A stretch of 64,000 nucleotides of DNA, from assembly GCA_964106915.2 (NCBI GenBank), contig OZ066914.1, one strand, 5' to 3'. Position 1 is the stretch's first letter; every line of letters begins with the position of its first letter. The DNA comes from Podarcis gaigeae (Eukaryota). Below, piece by piece: positions 13,701 to 25,857 of the stretch. The notes beneath the pieces were generated by a model, which ran no database searches, was not told the DNA's origin, and worked only from the letters and a program-made list of their open reading frames with translations. Made by a program: the position numbers and the translations under genes.

Positions 13701-16700
13701 GAGAAACCTGAGCAGAGCTTTAAGCCAGAAACAATTTGGATGTGTGTGACTATCCAGGGAGTGTCCGGGTATATTTTCTTTTTCTGTTGCTGCTGAATGG
13801 ATGCCTAAGTAGATTTTATTATCCCCTTCTATGTTGCATGATTTGAGGCACGCTTCAAACTGAATGTGCTTAAGTTATTGAAGCTGCTATAGCTAGGACC
13901 ACCCCCAGCTCCTCTCTGAACCTTCTCCAGAATTTGTGCAGCCCTGAAGAGGTAAGGTGCCCTGAATTGGATGCAGTGCTCCAGCTGGGGCCTTACCTCT
14001 TGGTCATATAATTCATTTACTATTATTTATAAAACACATATCCCACCCTTTCTCCCAAAGGAGGACCATAATAGATGGCCCTGCTTGTCAATTTCTGTGA
14101 AAGGTATTCTGTTGAATGTACTATCTGACTTAGTAAGTGGAGAAGAGGACAGTTTCCTCTGTTGTTTGCAGAATTAATCTGGACAGTTAGGACCCACTGT
14201 TTTGTATGATCCTGTCATAGTCTCAACTGACTATAGAGTTGCAGCCTTGCCAGCTTTAGCACAGCTGCATTTTAATAGCCTCCATGTTCTGCCCTAGAAA
14301 TTGACGGAATTTCAGTGCAGAAAGTCATGTTGTTCCTATGTCCCTTATCTCCACGGGGTGTCATGGTGCCTGTGGTCCATTTCTCTGTGGTAGGAAGGTC
14401 AGTCATTGTTGCTGAATCATAAGATGAAGCGGAGCTGCTTTTAGCCCTCATCAAGCTTTTCCCTGTGAAAAACTGCTTAAAGGGGCTTATCTTATCTTCA
14501 CTAGGAGGTCGCGCTGGTGAATGGCAACGTCTGACAGTAACCATGGCACGTCACCATTTTTGACAAGGCCTTCGTAAATGACTTCCACCACTTTGTGATT
14601 CCTCGCCCAAAGGGCCTGAGAAATACAAATTTGTTGTTTTTAGTAATTTTATTTACACTCTGCCTCTCTCTAGCCCCCAAAGTGGCGAACTGTAAAGCAG
14701 ACAAGCCAGTACGATAAAGAAAAACACATGCACAAGTTAAACGTTTGAAGTTCTCTTTATTGCACTCTCCTATTTATCACAAAGGAAACCTAAAAGTGGC
14801 TTCCGTTATGTGACCATGAAGTGAATTTTTAATGTAATTCAGACACGTGCTGAGTTTGAAATATGAATGTTATTAGATTATCCCAGACTTGCTGTCACCA
14901 AGTCTCATGTGGTGATGGTATAACAGATTTCTGTGTCCCTAATTATTGTGTGTCATTGCAATTGTATGATCATGGTTTTTTTCTTTTGAAATGTTTCTCA
15001 GCTATATTTGCAATTAATTAATTTTGCCACATTGGGACAAGATCGCAATATGTTTCAAAATCCATCTTCTCAACATTCTCTCCATATTTTTTTTTTAATT
15101 CTTTTGATTATTGATTTCTTTCAATTATGTTTTAGATTCTCTATCTTGAATAAAGGTCTTAATTTTTTTTAAAAAAATAATGTATCAAATCTCATATCAT
15201 ACTATAGTTGAGCCTATTGTACATTAAAATTCCAAATTAAGATGACACAGCTTTTTTTAACCTGGAGTTTTTGAAATAATATATTTTTGCTTTACGCAGA
15301 CATTGTAAATCTTTGTAAATACTTCCTGTAATGCCCTTCCATATTATTGCCATCTTGGTTTGTGTCAAATAAAGTTGACTCTAAGTACAGTACTTTGGTC
15401 AGCATGGCTTGATTATTTCTCTGGGGTCAATAACTCTTCATTGGGAAGAATAAAGGAGTCATGTTTCCAGATTTAGGAAGCTTTCTGACTTTGAGGCCAA
15501 GCAACTGGTGGATAGTATTAATTGCCTTCCAGTACTTGGGTATTGTCCCCTTGTTTTTCTAACGTTGAATTTATTAAGAATGTCAATTTCTTAATTGTAG
15601 CCAGAAGTATTCATGACAACTGAATCTAGTTTAATTCATTAGTCAGGATCTGCTGATGTATCTAAAACTATATTGCTCTCAGAAGGACCATAAGTTTTCT
15701 TCCATTCCAGATAGTTGCTTATTTCAGTTGCTTATTTTATGTAGAAGGAGATGCAGTTTGTATTACAGATTAAGGTTCAGAGACTTCTCTGCATCTACAT
15801 TTTGTATTCTATGAGAATGGAAATGTTGATTATTTTCTGGATGTAGTGGAAAACACTCAAGTTTGCAGTAGGTGCTCAGGAAGTAGTTCAGTGACTGAAA
15901 AGTAGCAATATGTATATAAGCCTGTGGATATTTGCCTTTATATAAAGTAACGTATCCTCATATATTGGAAGGTAGTTTATATTGGCATATTAGGTTTTAA
16001 TATTTCACTTTATTGAAGAATTCTACTAAAAGAACCAAATGTTCTGCTGAGTGCATTCACTGAGCAGTAGGTTCCTGGGGTCATTATTTCAGGGGACAGG
16101 GGGAGGAGTGGGAGTTAAGCATATCTCACAAAATTATGGGTCTTGAGGATTCTGTATAATTGTGCAGTGTTAGAATGTTCATGTTTCCACTCATTAGAAT
16201 ACTTATAATAGGAAAGGAGTAGGGATAACACTATAGCCAATTAGTGATTTTACTGAAGACCATTCTTGCATAATCCAGTGCTTGTTAGCTAGAATTTCAG
16301 ACACATTTTACATAATTAGTTAAGAGAATTAGCTCAGTGAAAAGGCCATTCGTGTACAGTTTTGTGGCTGTTGCCTCCAGTTTTCAGAGGGTAGAACAAT
16401 TGCTTTGTCTGCTGAAGTTTCCATATTTAATCCCTGGCATCGCCATGTAGGATTGGAAAGAGTCTTCTCTGAAGTCCCAGAGAGCTACTGCCAGTCAGTG
16501 TAGACTATACTGAACAAGATGTGTCGATCACAGAATCAGAATTGTAAATGTTCTGACTTGGTTTAAGTCAACTTCCAAGTTCCTAGTCATCAAATGATAA
16601 CCCATTTGTGGTGTTACGTTTGCACAGTGGACTCCCATTAACACATTGAATTCTGCTCATGCAGCATTGGATACAACACCATCTATTTTAGTTGTCACTG

Positions 16701-19233
16701 TACCAAAGAGTGGGTTAGTCAAATATTTCCCTTATATTCAGCATGGTTTGATTAATTTTTATGCTATCTGTCACATTTTCGTTTTTTTCTCTTGAAGCTT
16801 CCTGATTTTGCTTTTCCTTAAATGAGAAAGTTCAATACATTTGTCTCTGATAGTATGTGATGCTCTAATCAGTTACATTAAAAATGAATATTTTAATATA
16901 TCTTTATATATAATATAACATACTCACTATGGCTGAGATGTAAACAACATAGACACCAGTTCAGATTTCACCTAGGCTATAAGCTCAGTCACTAGGTAAT
17001 ATTAGGTAAGCCACACTTTTTCAGTGTAAACACCTATCTACAATCTTTGCGATAAAGACCTGTCAAGTAGGATTATTAGCAAGTTTACTGTGCTAATACA
17101 TAAAGCATTTTGAACACACTATAAGCACTATATGAATGATAAGTATTACTTGAATGCTCAGGCAAAATTTATTTCACTGAAAGTGAACAGTGTAAAATAC
17201 ACTCAAGACATTCTAAGACCATAAATGAAATGTTCTCAGTTCAGTTTGGACACACTGCTATTGTAAATTGTAATTAAAGTTAAGCATGGATTTAGCATGT
17301 TATGCTGCCTGTCCATCTGACTCATAATCAGTGCATGTTACAACTATCTCTGTCAACTCAGCACACAACACTTAAGAGAGCTCTTACAGATCTCTTGGCC
17401 AAGACTGGGAATGCCCAGTTCCAGAGCAGGAAGGTATCTCTCTAGATACCTCAACATTTGCCCAAATCAACCCAAAAATCTGTGTGCAAATACCAGTGAA
17501 ACCTACCTTTTCTCACATGTATGAGATAAGAGTTTTGATATTTGGGCAAGGTGTTATTGCAATTCAGAGGGCATGGTGGTTGACATGGGTGTACTTACTG
17601 GAAAGCGGGGAGAGGGTTATTTTGTCAGAAAACTGACCTACCCAACTGCTACAGTGTTGAGCGCTTTTCCTCTTCTGTGATGTCTGACAGGGGTGCCTCC
17701 GAGGGCTCACTCAAGGGATTCCACCGACTCGGTAGATGGCCGAGCCACTCCGACAGAGAATGCTGTGCCGCCGCCACGCATTGAGAAGCCTCCTGTGTTG
17801 CCTTTCTTCAACCGCCCTCCTTCTGCGCTTCCTCTCATGGGGCTGCCACCTCCACCCATACCACCCCCTCCTCTTTCCTCAAGCTTTGGGGTTCCCCCTC
17901 CCCCTCCAGGAATCCACTACCAACACCTCATGCCCCCTCCCCCTCGACTTCCTCCACACCTCACTGTGCCACCTCCTGGGGCCGTGCCACCTGCGCTGCA
18001 CCTTAACCCAGCCTTCTTCCCCCCACCCAATGCAGCAATGGGGCCCCCGCCAGACACCTATAACAAGACCTCTGCAGCATACAACCACAGCAGGTGAGAG
18101 CAAGCCCATTCCCGGGAATCTGAGAAGAAAAAAAATCAAAACTAAGCAGTGCAAAGAACAGTAGCTAAGCCTCTTGTTTAGCAAGGCTGCAGACCTAATT
18201 CTCCAAGGGCTTAGTTATTTTGTTTTTATGCAAAGAGTGATGGTTCGACTAGACATGAAACCACCTTCTCGTTGGTGGTAGAAAATGCCTTGCATAGCTC
18301 TAGGGCACGACAGCTGACAACTTGGTTCTTAAAGGATGCTACTTAATGTCTGCTTTGGGGAGGAGGGCAGTACCTGGTCAACCACACATTGCTGTTTTGA
18401 AAGGCCTTGAATTGCCATGTCTATGAATAAGGAACTGTGTCATAGTTCTGCTTGAAGCTGTTTATCCTATGTGTGTGATGGGTGTGTGTTTGTTTCTACA
18501 GCCGGGAACTGGGCCCTTTGCCACCTCCTGTCAGTGAAGCTGAATTTGAAGATATCATGAACAGGAATCGAGCAATTTCCAGCAGTGCCATTTCCAAAGC
18601 TGTGTCTGGTGCCAGTGCAGGTAACCAGAGCTGGCTTTTGCTACCTCTTTCCATTTCTCGCTCCTGGCCTCATTCTTACCATGCCGCCTTTGCTCTGTTA
18701 TATTGCAGGGGACTACAGCGATGCCATTGAGACCCTGCTCACAGCCATTGCTGTGATTAAACAGTCACGTGTCGCAAATGATGAGCGGTGTAGAGTCCTT
18801 ATCTCTTCACTCAAGGATTGTCTTCATGGCATTGAAGCCAAGTCTTACAGCATGGGCACCAGCAGCAGCTCCTCCAGGTGAGCTTCAGGCACAGTTATTG
18901 CCAAGTCATCCAGCTACTGTCACTGATTTTGCTGATGAGCAAGTCTCAGTTGGGCTCTGGTCCGCTTCCTGGGCTTTGTACAGCCAGGTAGGAATAAGTG
19001 CTTTTGGTAGGGGAAAGGGTCTTGTTACAGCTTGCCAGTAACTAGATACCTCATTGTTTTCCAGAAAACGGCACCGGTCTCGGGATAGATCACCCAGTCG
19101 GTCTCGTGAGAGCAGCAGGAGGCACCGAGACGTCGTCCATAATGAAGATCGGCATGAAGACTATTTCCAGGAAAGAAGCCGGGAGCATGAGCGACATAGA
19201 GACAGGGACAGAGAAAGAGACCGACATCACTGA
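1723..19233 (+). CDS. CPSF7: Cleavage and polyadenylation specificity factor 7 (CFIm59), 460 aa, 8 coding exons
   Basis: Exons 1723..1776 ([18 protein letters not shown]), 10987..11205, 12126..12229, 13483..13628 (RRM: [15 protein letters not shown]...[17 protein letters not shown]), 17691..18093 (Pro-rich), 18502..18620, 18709..18877 and 19065..19233 (RS/RD-rich, TGA). All introns are GT-AG and phase-consistent; total 1383 nt. Confidence 0.97.
2865..3060 (+). mobile_element. Decayed L2-type LINE ORF2 fragment
   Basis: Translates to [15 protein letters not shown]...[14 protein letters not shown], resembling the region after the RT domain of L2/CR1-clade ORF2. Confidence 0.65.
4873..5151. mobile_element. 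PIF/Harbinger-like MITE
   Basis: Terminal inverted repeats GGTCACATTCA...TGAATGTGACC, flanked by TTA on both sides (4870..4872 and 5152..5154). Confidence 0.65.
8882..9118. mobile_element. Tc1/mariner-pogo-type MITE
   Basis: TIR CAGTGGTACCTCGCA...TGCGAGGTACCGCTG with TA on both flanks; internal repeated TCGTCTTGC units. Confidence 0.8.
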
Positions 19234-19712
19234 GAGAAGTGAGAGATGTTTCTAGGGTGCTTTACCTTTCCCATCCCCTCCACCCCTACCCAGTGTATTT
19301 TCCTTTCCGAAAAGAGCACCCTGCTCTTCAAGTTGAGTATCATCCCTCTTGTAGATGCTGGCTAGGTAAGATTGATTTCTCTTATGCTCTGGAAGACTTT
19401 CCATGGCCTAATCTCACACTTCTCTCCAGTGAGTGGACTGGTCATGCATGGATCTTAAGCTACCAGGGCAAATACATATTGCCTTGTGTTCTTCATGCAG
19501 TATGTTCTGCTAGGTAAGATTTTTCAAAAATAAGGGAGTTGTCTGCTCCCTGATTGACTTGCCCTTTGAGTACATGCTTGAGCTGTTTATTTTCTAATTT
19601 AGTAGATTTTTAGTATATTCAGCTGGGTCCTGAATGACTATGTGTCTCAGGCCAACTATGCAACTTTGTTAGGGTACTTTTCCTTATTCCTTGTACTGTG
19701 ACCAGTGGATTG

Positions 19713-20304
19713 CCATATTTTTCGCTCCATAAGATGCACTTCTTTCTTCCTAAAAAGTAAGGGGAAATGTCTGTGCGTCTTATGGAGCGAATGTGTAGTC
19801 CCTGAAGCTGAATTTCCCAGGGGCGAAAAGCAGATCATGCTTTTTCTTTTCTTTTTCTTTTTTTGAAAGAGGGAAGTGGGTGTTGAAACAAAGCCGCTGA
19901 TCGGCAAGCGATCAGGAGGGAGATCAGGGACGCTAGCAATAAAGGAGGCTGCCTGGGATGGGGGAGGTAAAAAGCCCATGGATCCTCAGGATTTTTGCAT
20001 TGGGTCACCCAAAGTTCACCATCAGATCACATAGCATGTCCATGGCTACAGCCTGCACCAAAAAAATCATGCACCCACTGTTTCGTTGGGGCCGCAGTGG
20101 CGCAAAATCGTGGTTACAAAGCATGGATCCACATGGATTCTCAGGATTTTTGCATCGGGCTACCCCAAACTCACCATCAAATCACATGTTTGTGGCCACA
20201 GCATGAACCACAAAAATCATACATCCACTGTTTCATTCAGAATATTTTTTTTCTTGTTTTCCTCCTCTAAAAACTAGGTGCGTCTTATGGAGCGAAAACT
20301 ATGG
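19713..20304. mobile_element. Non-autonomous pogo/Tigger-like DNA transposon in the CPSF7 3' UTR intron
   Basis: TIR CCATATTTTTCGCTCCATAAGATGCA / TGCGTCTTATGGAGCGAAAACTATGG. Internal direct repeat of about 100 bp (CTCAGGATTTTTGCAT...TCACCATCA.ATCACAT at about 19985 and 20140). Confidence 0.7.
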
Positions 20305-21396
20305 TATTTCTGTAGGTTAGAATCAGATGCTTGGTAAATGTGTCAAGGGCCCAGTCTATATATTGCAATAAGTCATGGTTACTGTGAACTAGTAGTATGC
20401 TAATGCAAACTGCTCAGTAGCTGCCAGTTTGCTGCTGCCCTGCCATGAATGACAGCAATAATCTGAACAAGACACAATCCACAAGCCAAAGTTTGTTCTT
20501 GACTTACTGACTATTGTTCAAGAGAAACAAGCTGTGATTCCAACGTGCGTGTTAATGACAAGCCAATCTCCATGGCTTATTGCTCCCATCCATGCCATGG
20601 GAGAAGCAAAATGGGAGTGCTTGGGCAGTTTTGTTTTTAAGTTTGTGCAGAAAGCTACTTTTGCCCTTCCTGACTGTATTGATTGTGTCTGAGGCTGTAC
20701 CTCTGTAAGCATTAAACTCAGATTCAGTCATCATTGGTGTGTTTGATTTATGGAATCCCTAATGAGCCCAGCTATGACTCACAGACGTAACTATCTTTTT
20801 GAAGAGTTTTTACCATCTCTGTGTTCATGTTTGCTGGTCTTGTTTGCCTCTTTGTAAAGCAAACCAATAAACCCACCAACAAATCCAACTGACTTATGTT
20901 ACTTTGAATTCTCAGACCTAGCATAAGGAAAAGAAATTGCAGGAAAAAAAGAGTTCAGATCTTTTATTTCAAGAGGGGCATCACAGACTAGTATTGGTAG
21001 AGTAACTTCTCTAACTTGAAAATTAGCCAATTTTTCCAGTGGCAATCTGCCTTGTGTGCCTTGGAATAAAAAGTGGAGTAGAAACTACAACAATAAGTAA
21101 AACATAGCCTTGCAATCTCACCAACCTCTTTGCTTTATGAATGTGACTAGCACCTAAGGTGACGATGGGTCTGACTTGAGAGTAAGTTTGATTCAGTGGA
21201 TAAAGTGCTGAGTCTAGTCCAGTTCAACCATGAGCTAACACAAGCCTGTAGCTTTGGTTCCCTATTGCATGTGGAAATAACTGTGACTTCCCCATGGAGT
21301 TACAATCCAGGGTTAATGAACAAAATTCTCAACAAGCCTCTTTGACAGTGCTATAGAACTTACTAGCGTTTCCAATTTTGTTTTGTCTCTTTCTAG

Positions 21397-23360
21397 GAGC
21401 GTGGGAAGCATTCAGTGTTTTTATGGACTCTAATCTCCTCTCCTTAATCAAGACTAAAATATGGAGGCTTCTCCACCCCCTCCTTCCCACTGCCCTCTGC
21501 TCTTTCCGGACCCCTTGGAAGGGACTTTGCCTGCAGAACTCCATCTGGCACACCATGGTATTGGGACCTGAGCTCTGCCTGTGTGCTGTCGCTGCTGCTT
21601 GATGGAGAAGCACTGAATGACTTGGAGGGTGGGAGGGGTTGGTTGTCTGAGCCACCGTGACCAGGGGGCCACTTCAATCCATGGATTCTTGGACCCAAAG
21701 AGAATGGTGCTTTCCACAGAGGTCTCTCGCCTCTTTCCTTTCCGTGGCTTTTTTAGGAGCACTGGGGAAGGAGCCCATCCAGCTCGTCTCCTGCAAGAAA
21801 AACTGGTGCTTCAGCACAGTATGAGATGTCTGACCCTATTCTCCCCGGAACTCGTGTCCACGGTCCACACTGCATTGTTTTCTTAGGCATCGAGGCATCC
21901 ATTCCTCCTCAAATCTGATCCTTTTTCCAAAGCAGCTTCAGTCTCGCCCTCCAGCACCGTTGTACACAGCTTAGAAAACAGTATTTCCCTGCTAGGATGG
22001 AAGGCAGGCTGGCTGCTTCTTCGGGTCACCCCTCTTCTCCCTTCCTCCTTTAGTTGCGGGAAAATGTCACCTCCTTTCTACCTGGCTTCTTCTAGAGGGG
22101 CCTGCGTTGGTCAACCGGCTCGCAACGTTGAATCTCCCTTAAAAAATAGATCTGGCTACTGCAGGTCCGCTTTCCACTGATTTGCTAACCATTTTCCTCG
22201 CTTTGTTTCATGCAATAGCTGCTCCAGTTGTAACTTCTGATGTAAACCTTTGTTTCTGGGGCCAGCCCCTCCCAGATTGCCGCCTTCCTTGTTGTAGAGG
22301 AAGTGTTGTGAATGGAGACCATAGAATGGAACGGGGCAAAGTCAAGCTGGGGCTACCTGGAAGTTACCGAATGCAGCACACCCTAAGCATTTTTAAAATT
22401 CTATGTGATGTACTTGTTGAACGTGTTGATTTAAGGTCCAGAGTTTTCCTTGGCCCCTGCTTCCTTTTAAAAGGAGTTCCTTTTTGGAGTGGTTCACTCA
22501 TGAGTTTGCTTCAGATAGCACCATACCTCACTGATCTCTGGCATGCCAGTCTAGGGAGATGATTAGAGACAGTGGGAGGCGTCTCTTCACACCACCATAT
22601 TTAGCTGTGTTATGTAATCGTAAGTAGGGTTTCTGGAGCCACTCTAGTCACCAGGCAGCCCTTTGAGACCAGTTGCAGCAAAAACCTGCTTGTTCGGAGC
22701 ATTATGGGACAAAAGCACCTGCAGAGTTCTTGATTAAGCTCTCTGAGTTGCAACCCTTCGGGTGTTCATTTTCAGCTTTCATTGCTCCATCCTAGCCTGA
22801 GCACCCAGTTACTTAAAATCAAGGTAACACATTACACCCTGGAATATGCAGTCTCCAGCAACTGGATCTCGGTAGTGAGGCCAAGCATCTGTTGTGTTCA
22901 TGAACACTTAATGTGATTGTTCAGCTGCATGGTGAAGCCTCCCTTGTAGAAGGACCCTGTTTTGTCTCACAGAACAATGTTGTGGAGGCGGAGGGGGTGG
23001 TGTCTGGCAAAGGATGTTCTTGTGTGATGTGGCACCTCCTTTTGTACTGTTGATCACAGAGGTGCTCAGCTCTAAATGTGGTTTTTTAAAAAAATAAAAC
23101 GGGGAAAGTTGTGTAAGCAATGGAGTGACAACTTAAACTGTAAAATATATTAAAAATTGATGATTGGAAAAGTTGCTTTTTACATAATGGACATTTTTAG
23201 TTTGTTTTGAAATAATGGAAGTAAGAAAAGAAAGAAATGGAACAGAAACATAGCCTTGGTTCCTCTCAACTCACCCACCCCTGTTCTTCGTGATTTGATT
23301 TGTTTGTCTTTTTCTGATAGGTTGGAAATTGTGTAATAAACTTGATGATATTGTCAATCT
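21397..23360 (+). other. CPSF7: CPSF7 terminal non-coding (3' UTR) exon
   Basis: Donor GTGAG 5 nt after the stop (intron begins 19239). Pyrimidine-rich acceptor ttttgtctctttctAG ends at 21396. About 2 kb of repeat-free sequence follows, with AATAAA at 23093 and 23335 and a U/GU-rich downstream tract. Confidence 0.75.
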
Positions 23361-23473
23361 TTTATACTGCATTGTATGGCTTATTTTCATTTTGTAACTA
23401 TTTCGAATGCTGGGTGAGCTGTTTTCTATAATCTCCACTAAATAAGAGCGGGGGGCAGCGGGAATGGAAAAGA

Positions 23474-23481
23474 AGATAGAT

Positions 23482-23527
<46 letters not shown>
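23474..23527. repeat. (AGAT)n microsatellite
   Basis: Read directly; lies between the CPSF7 3' end and the fascin-like gene. Confidence 0.95.
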
Positions 23528-23528
<1 letters not shown>

Positions 23529-24341
23529 GACAGGTGCCATATTTTGGCTGGGTAGTAGCCCTTGTACAGCCATGGTTTTATGTATTGCTAAACTAGTTCC
23601 AAACCCACTTTATGTACACAGATTAAAATGATTTTTTAAAAGCTTCTATCTCTCAGTCATCTCCATTTAAAAGGGAGTGTCTGGTAGCAAGCCAAGGAAA
23701 GATTTGAGATCCTTGAGAATTTCTGCCAGTGTGAAATCAGTACACTTAATGAAGATTCGATGCTCAGCATCATTTTAAGTAGCTCCTTTAAAAAATATTT
23801 GCTCTGGAAAACATGAACAGAAATCACAGGTTTCATAAAAAGGGATAGGCATTATGCTGAACAGAGATGGGGAAATGAAGCCACGGTGCAAACAGATGAA
23901 ACTCAAACCCTTTGAAAGGGGATTGTGCCTTTCACGTGAAATTGAGTATTACAGGCAAGGATGCAAGGAAATATAATAGCGTATAAGGGCTTTCTGTCTA
24001 TGGCAGGAAAAGGTTCAGTTACAAGAATATTGTCCTGATTGCTAGTGGTATTCAGTGAAATGTTTCTGGGGCTCATAGGCTTGCCCAGATGGTTTGTGTT
24101 TCACCTTCCTGAAGGTTTGTCATACAAGGGTATTTGCCTGTGAGTGGCGGGTGAGGTGGTAGTACTTTCAGAATGCAGCTTGAGTGGTGAACAGTCTGTG
24201 GGAGGGGCTTAATGCTGAGTGGGTGGGTTTACCTGGTTGCTAGGTGATGATTGTGATCTAAGGGACCAGGATTAATCTCAAGTGAGCCCAGATAACTGGT
24301 CTGATGAATGGGTACCATTCAAGTCTCTTGTTATTCTCACC

Positions 24342-25810
24342 ATGACATACTCACTAGAATTTGGCCTTGTTAATGCGGCCAACCGGTACCTGACTGCTGA
24401 ACCTTTCCGTTTCCAGGTGGCAGCCACAGGCAAGCAACTGAAGCCTCGCCAGTTGTGGGTACTGCAGTTTGTGAGTCCACAGGGAGCTGGGGCAGCTGGC
24501 CCAGGAGAAGGGGCTGGCCAAAAGCTTCACCTGATCAGTGCACTGAAACGCTACTTGGCGGCTGACGCAAATGGAAAAGTCACCTGTGACCAGGACAAAC
24601 CAGGGCCTCAGACCTTCTTTCTCTTGCATCAGTATCCAGATGGCAAGGTGCTGTCTCTCACCCAGGCACAAGCATCCTATCTCTCAAGTGTAGCTTATGT
24701 CCGATATTATTGGGCTGGAATTCTGGACAAAGAGGGTTGGGTGTGGTTGGGTGGGTGAGACGGAGGGCAGAAGGTAGGAAAACAATGCTTAAAGTTGCCT
24801 CAATAAGGCCTCAAAACTATTCCGCTATTGCCCAAATGTGGGCCTCTTGTTTTGCTTACAAATGTTTTTTTACAATTAAGAGGCAGAAATGAGGGCAGGA
24901 TTGAGCTTGAGTTGCAGACTAGTTTGCTGTGGTGAGAAGCAGGGTCTTTTCTTAGTGTGCAAGTTTTTAGATTCTTACGGGTAAGTCCAGGCAGCAGATT
25001 CCTGTAAAGTGCATCAGGAAGAGTGTAAAATGTCCCTGGACTTCCCCCACCACCCCCCATGGTCTCCTTGGGAAGCCAGTCACATGAGCCAAAGCTCTTT
25101 GCCCCTGTCGGCCAAACAGTATGATAGTCAGCCACTATGGGCTGAAGGGGAGAGAATGTGTTTGAATAGCTTATTTGAGTCCCTGTGCCTGGTGGATCCT
25201 TCAAGGTGCCCTAGCCACTTCCCATCCACAACTGGAAACAACTGTTGCACAATGGAACTTGGGTGATCATGGCAACTCCATAAGCCAAAAGGTGTAACAT
25301 AATTGGTGTGATGATACCTGAATTTTATTCTGCCGTGTTCTTTGCTCTCATTGAGAGTGTTCCTGCTTTTCTTGTCTTGGGCAATGTAGCTGACCAGACA
25401 TCCTTCCCTCCCTGCAGGTGTCCTTTCAAAATGAACAGTCCAAGCGCTACCTGGGTGGAGCAGAGGAGAACGTCACTTGCTTTGCCCAGGCTGCCACCGA
25501 AACTGAAAAATGGACCCTCCACCTGGCTGTGCACCCCAATGTTGCCATGTACAACCCCAACAGGAAGCGTTATGTGCGGTGTGATGATAAAACTGGGGTG
25601 CTGCGCTGTGACCGTGACATGCCCTGGGGAGCTGAATCAGTCATCACTATATACTATGATTTCAGAGGTGGGTGGTGGCATTTTCCTATTTTGCTTTCAA
25701 TTGATACGTGCATTTTTCTCTCTAATACTGTAACACACATCTCCCACCCCCCCTTTGTTGGGGGAGCGTGTTAAAGAAGCAAAATATTCTGCTGTAGGGT
25801 TACACACACA

Positions 25811-25857
<47 letters not shown>

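Noticed and set aside
19234-21396. CPSF7 3' UTR intron as an NMD trigger
   Set aside because: The junction is only 5 nt after the stop, well inside the 50-55 nt rule.
24282-24341. 20-aa N-terminal extension of the fascin ORF in the track
   Set aside because: It starts at GTG. The first in-frame ATG, with good context and matching the fascin N-terminus, is at 24342.
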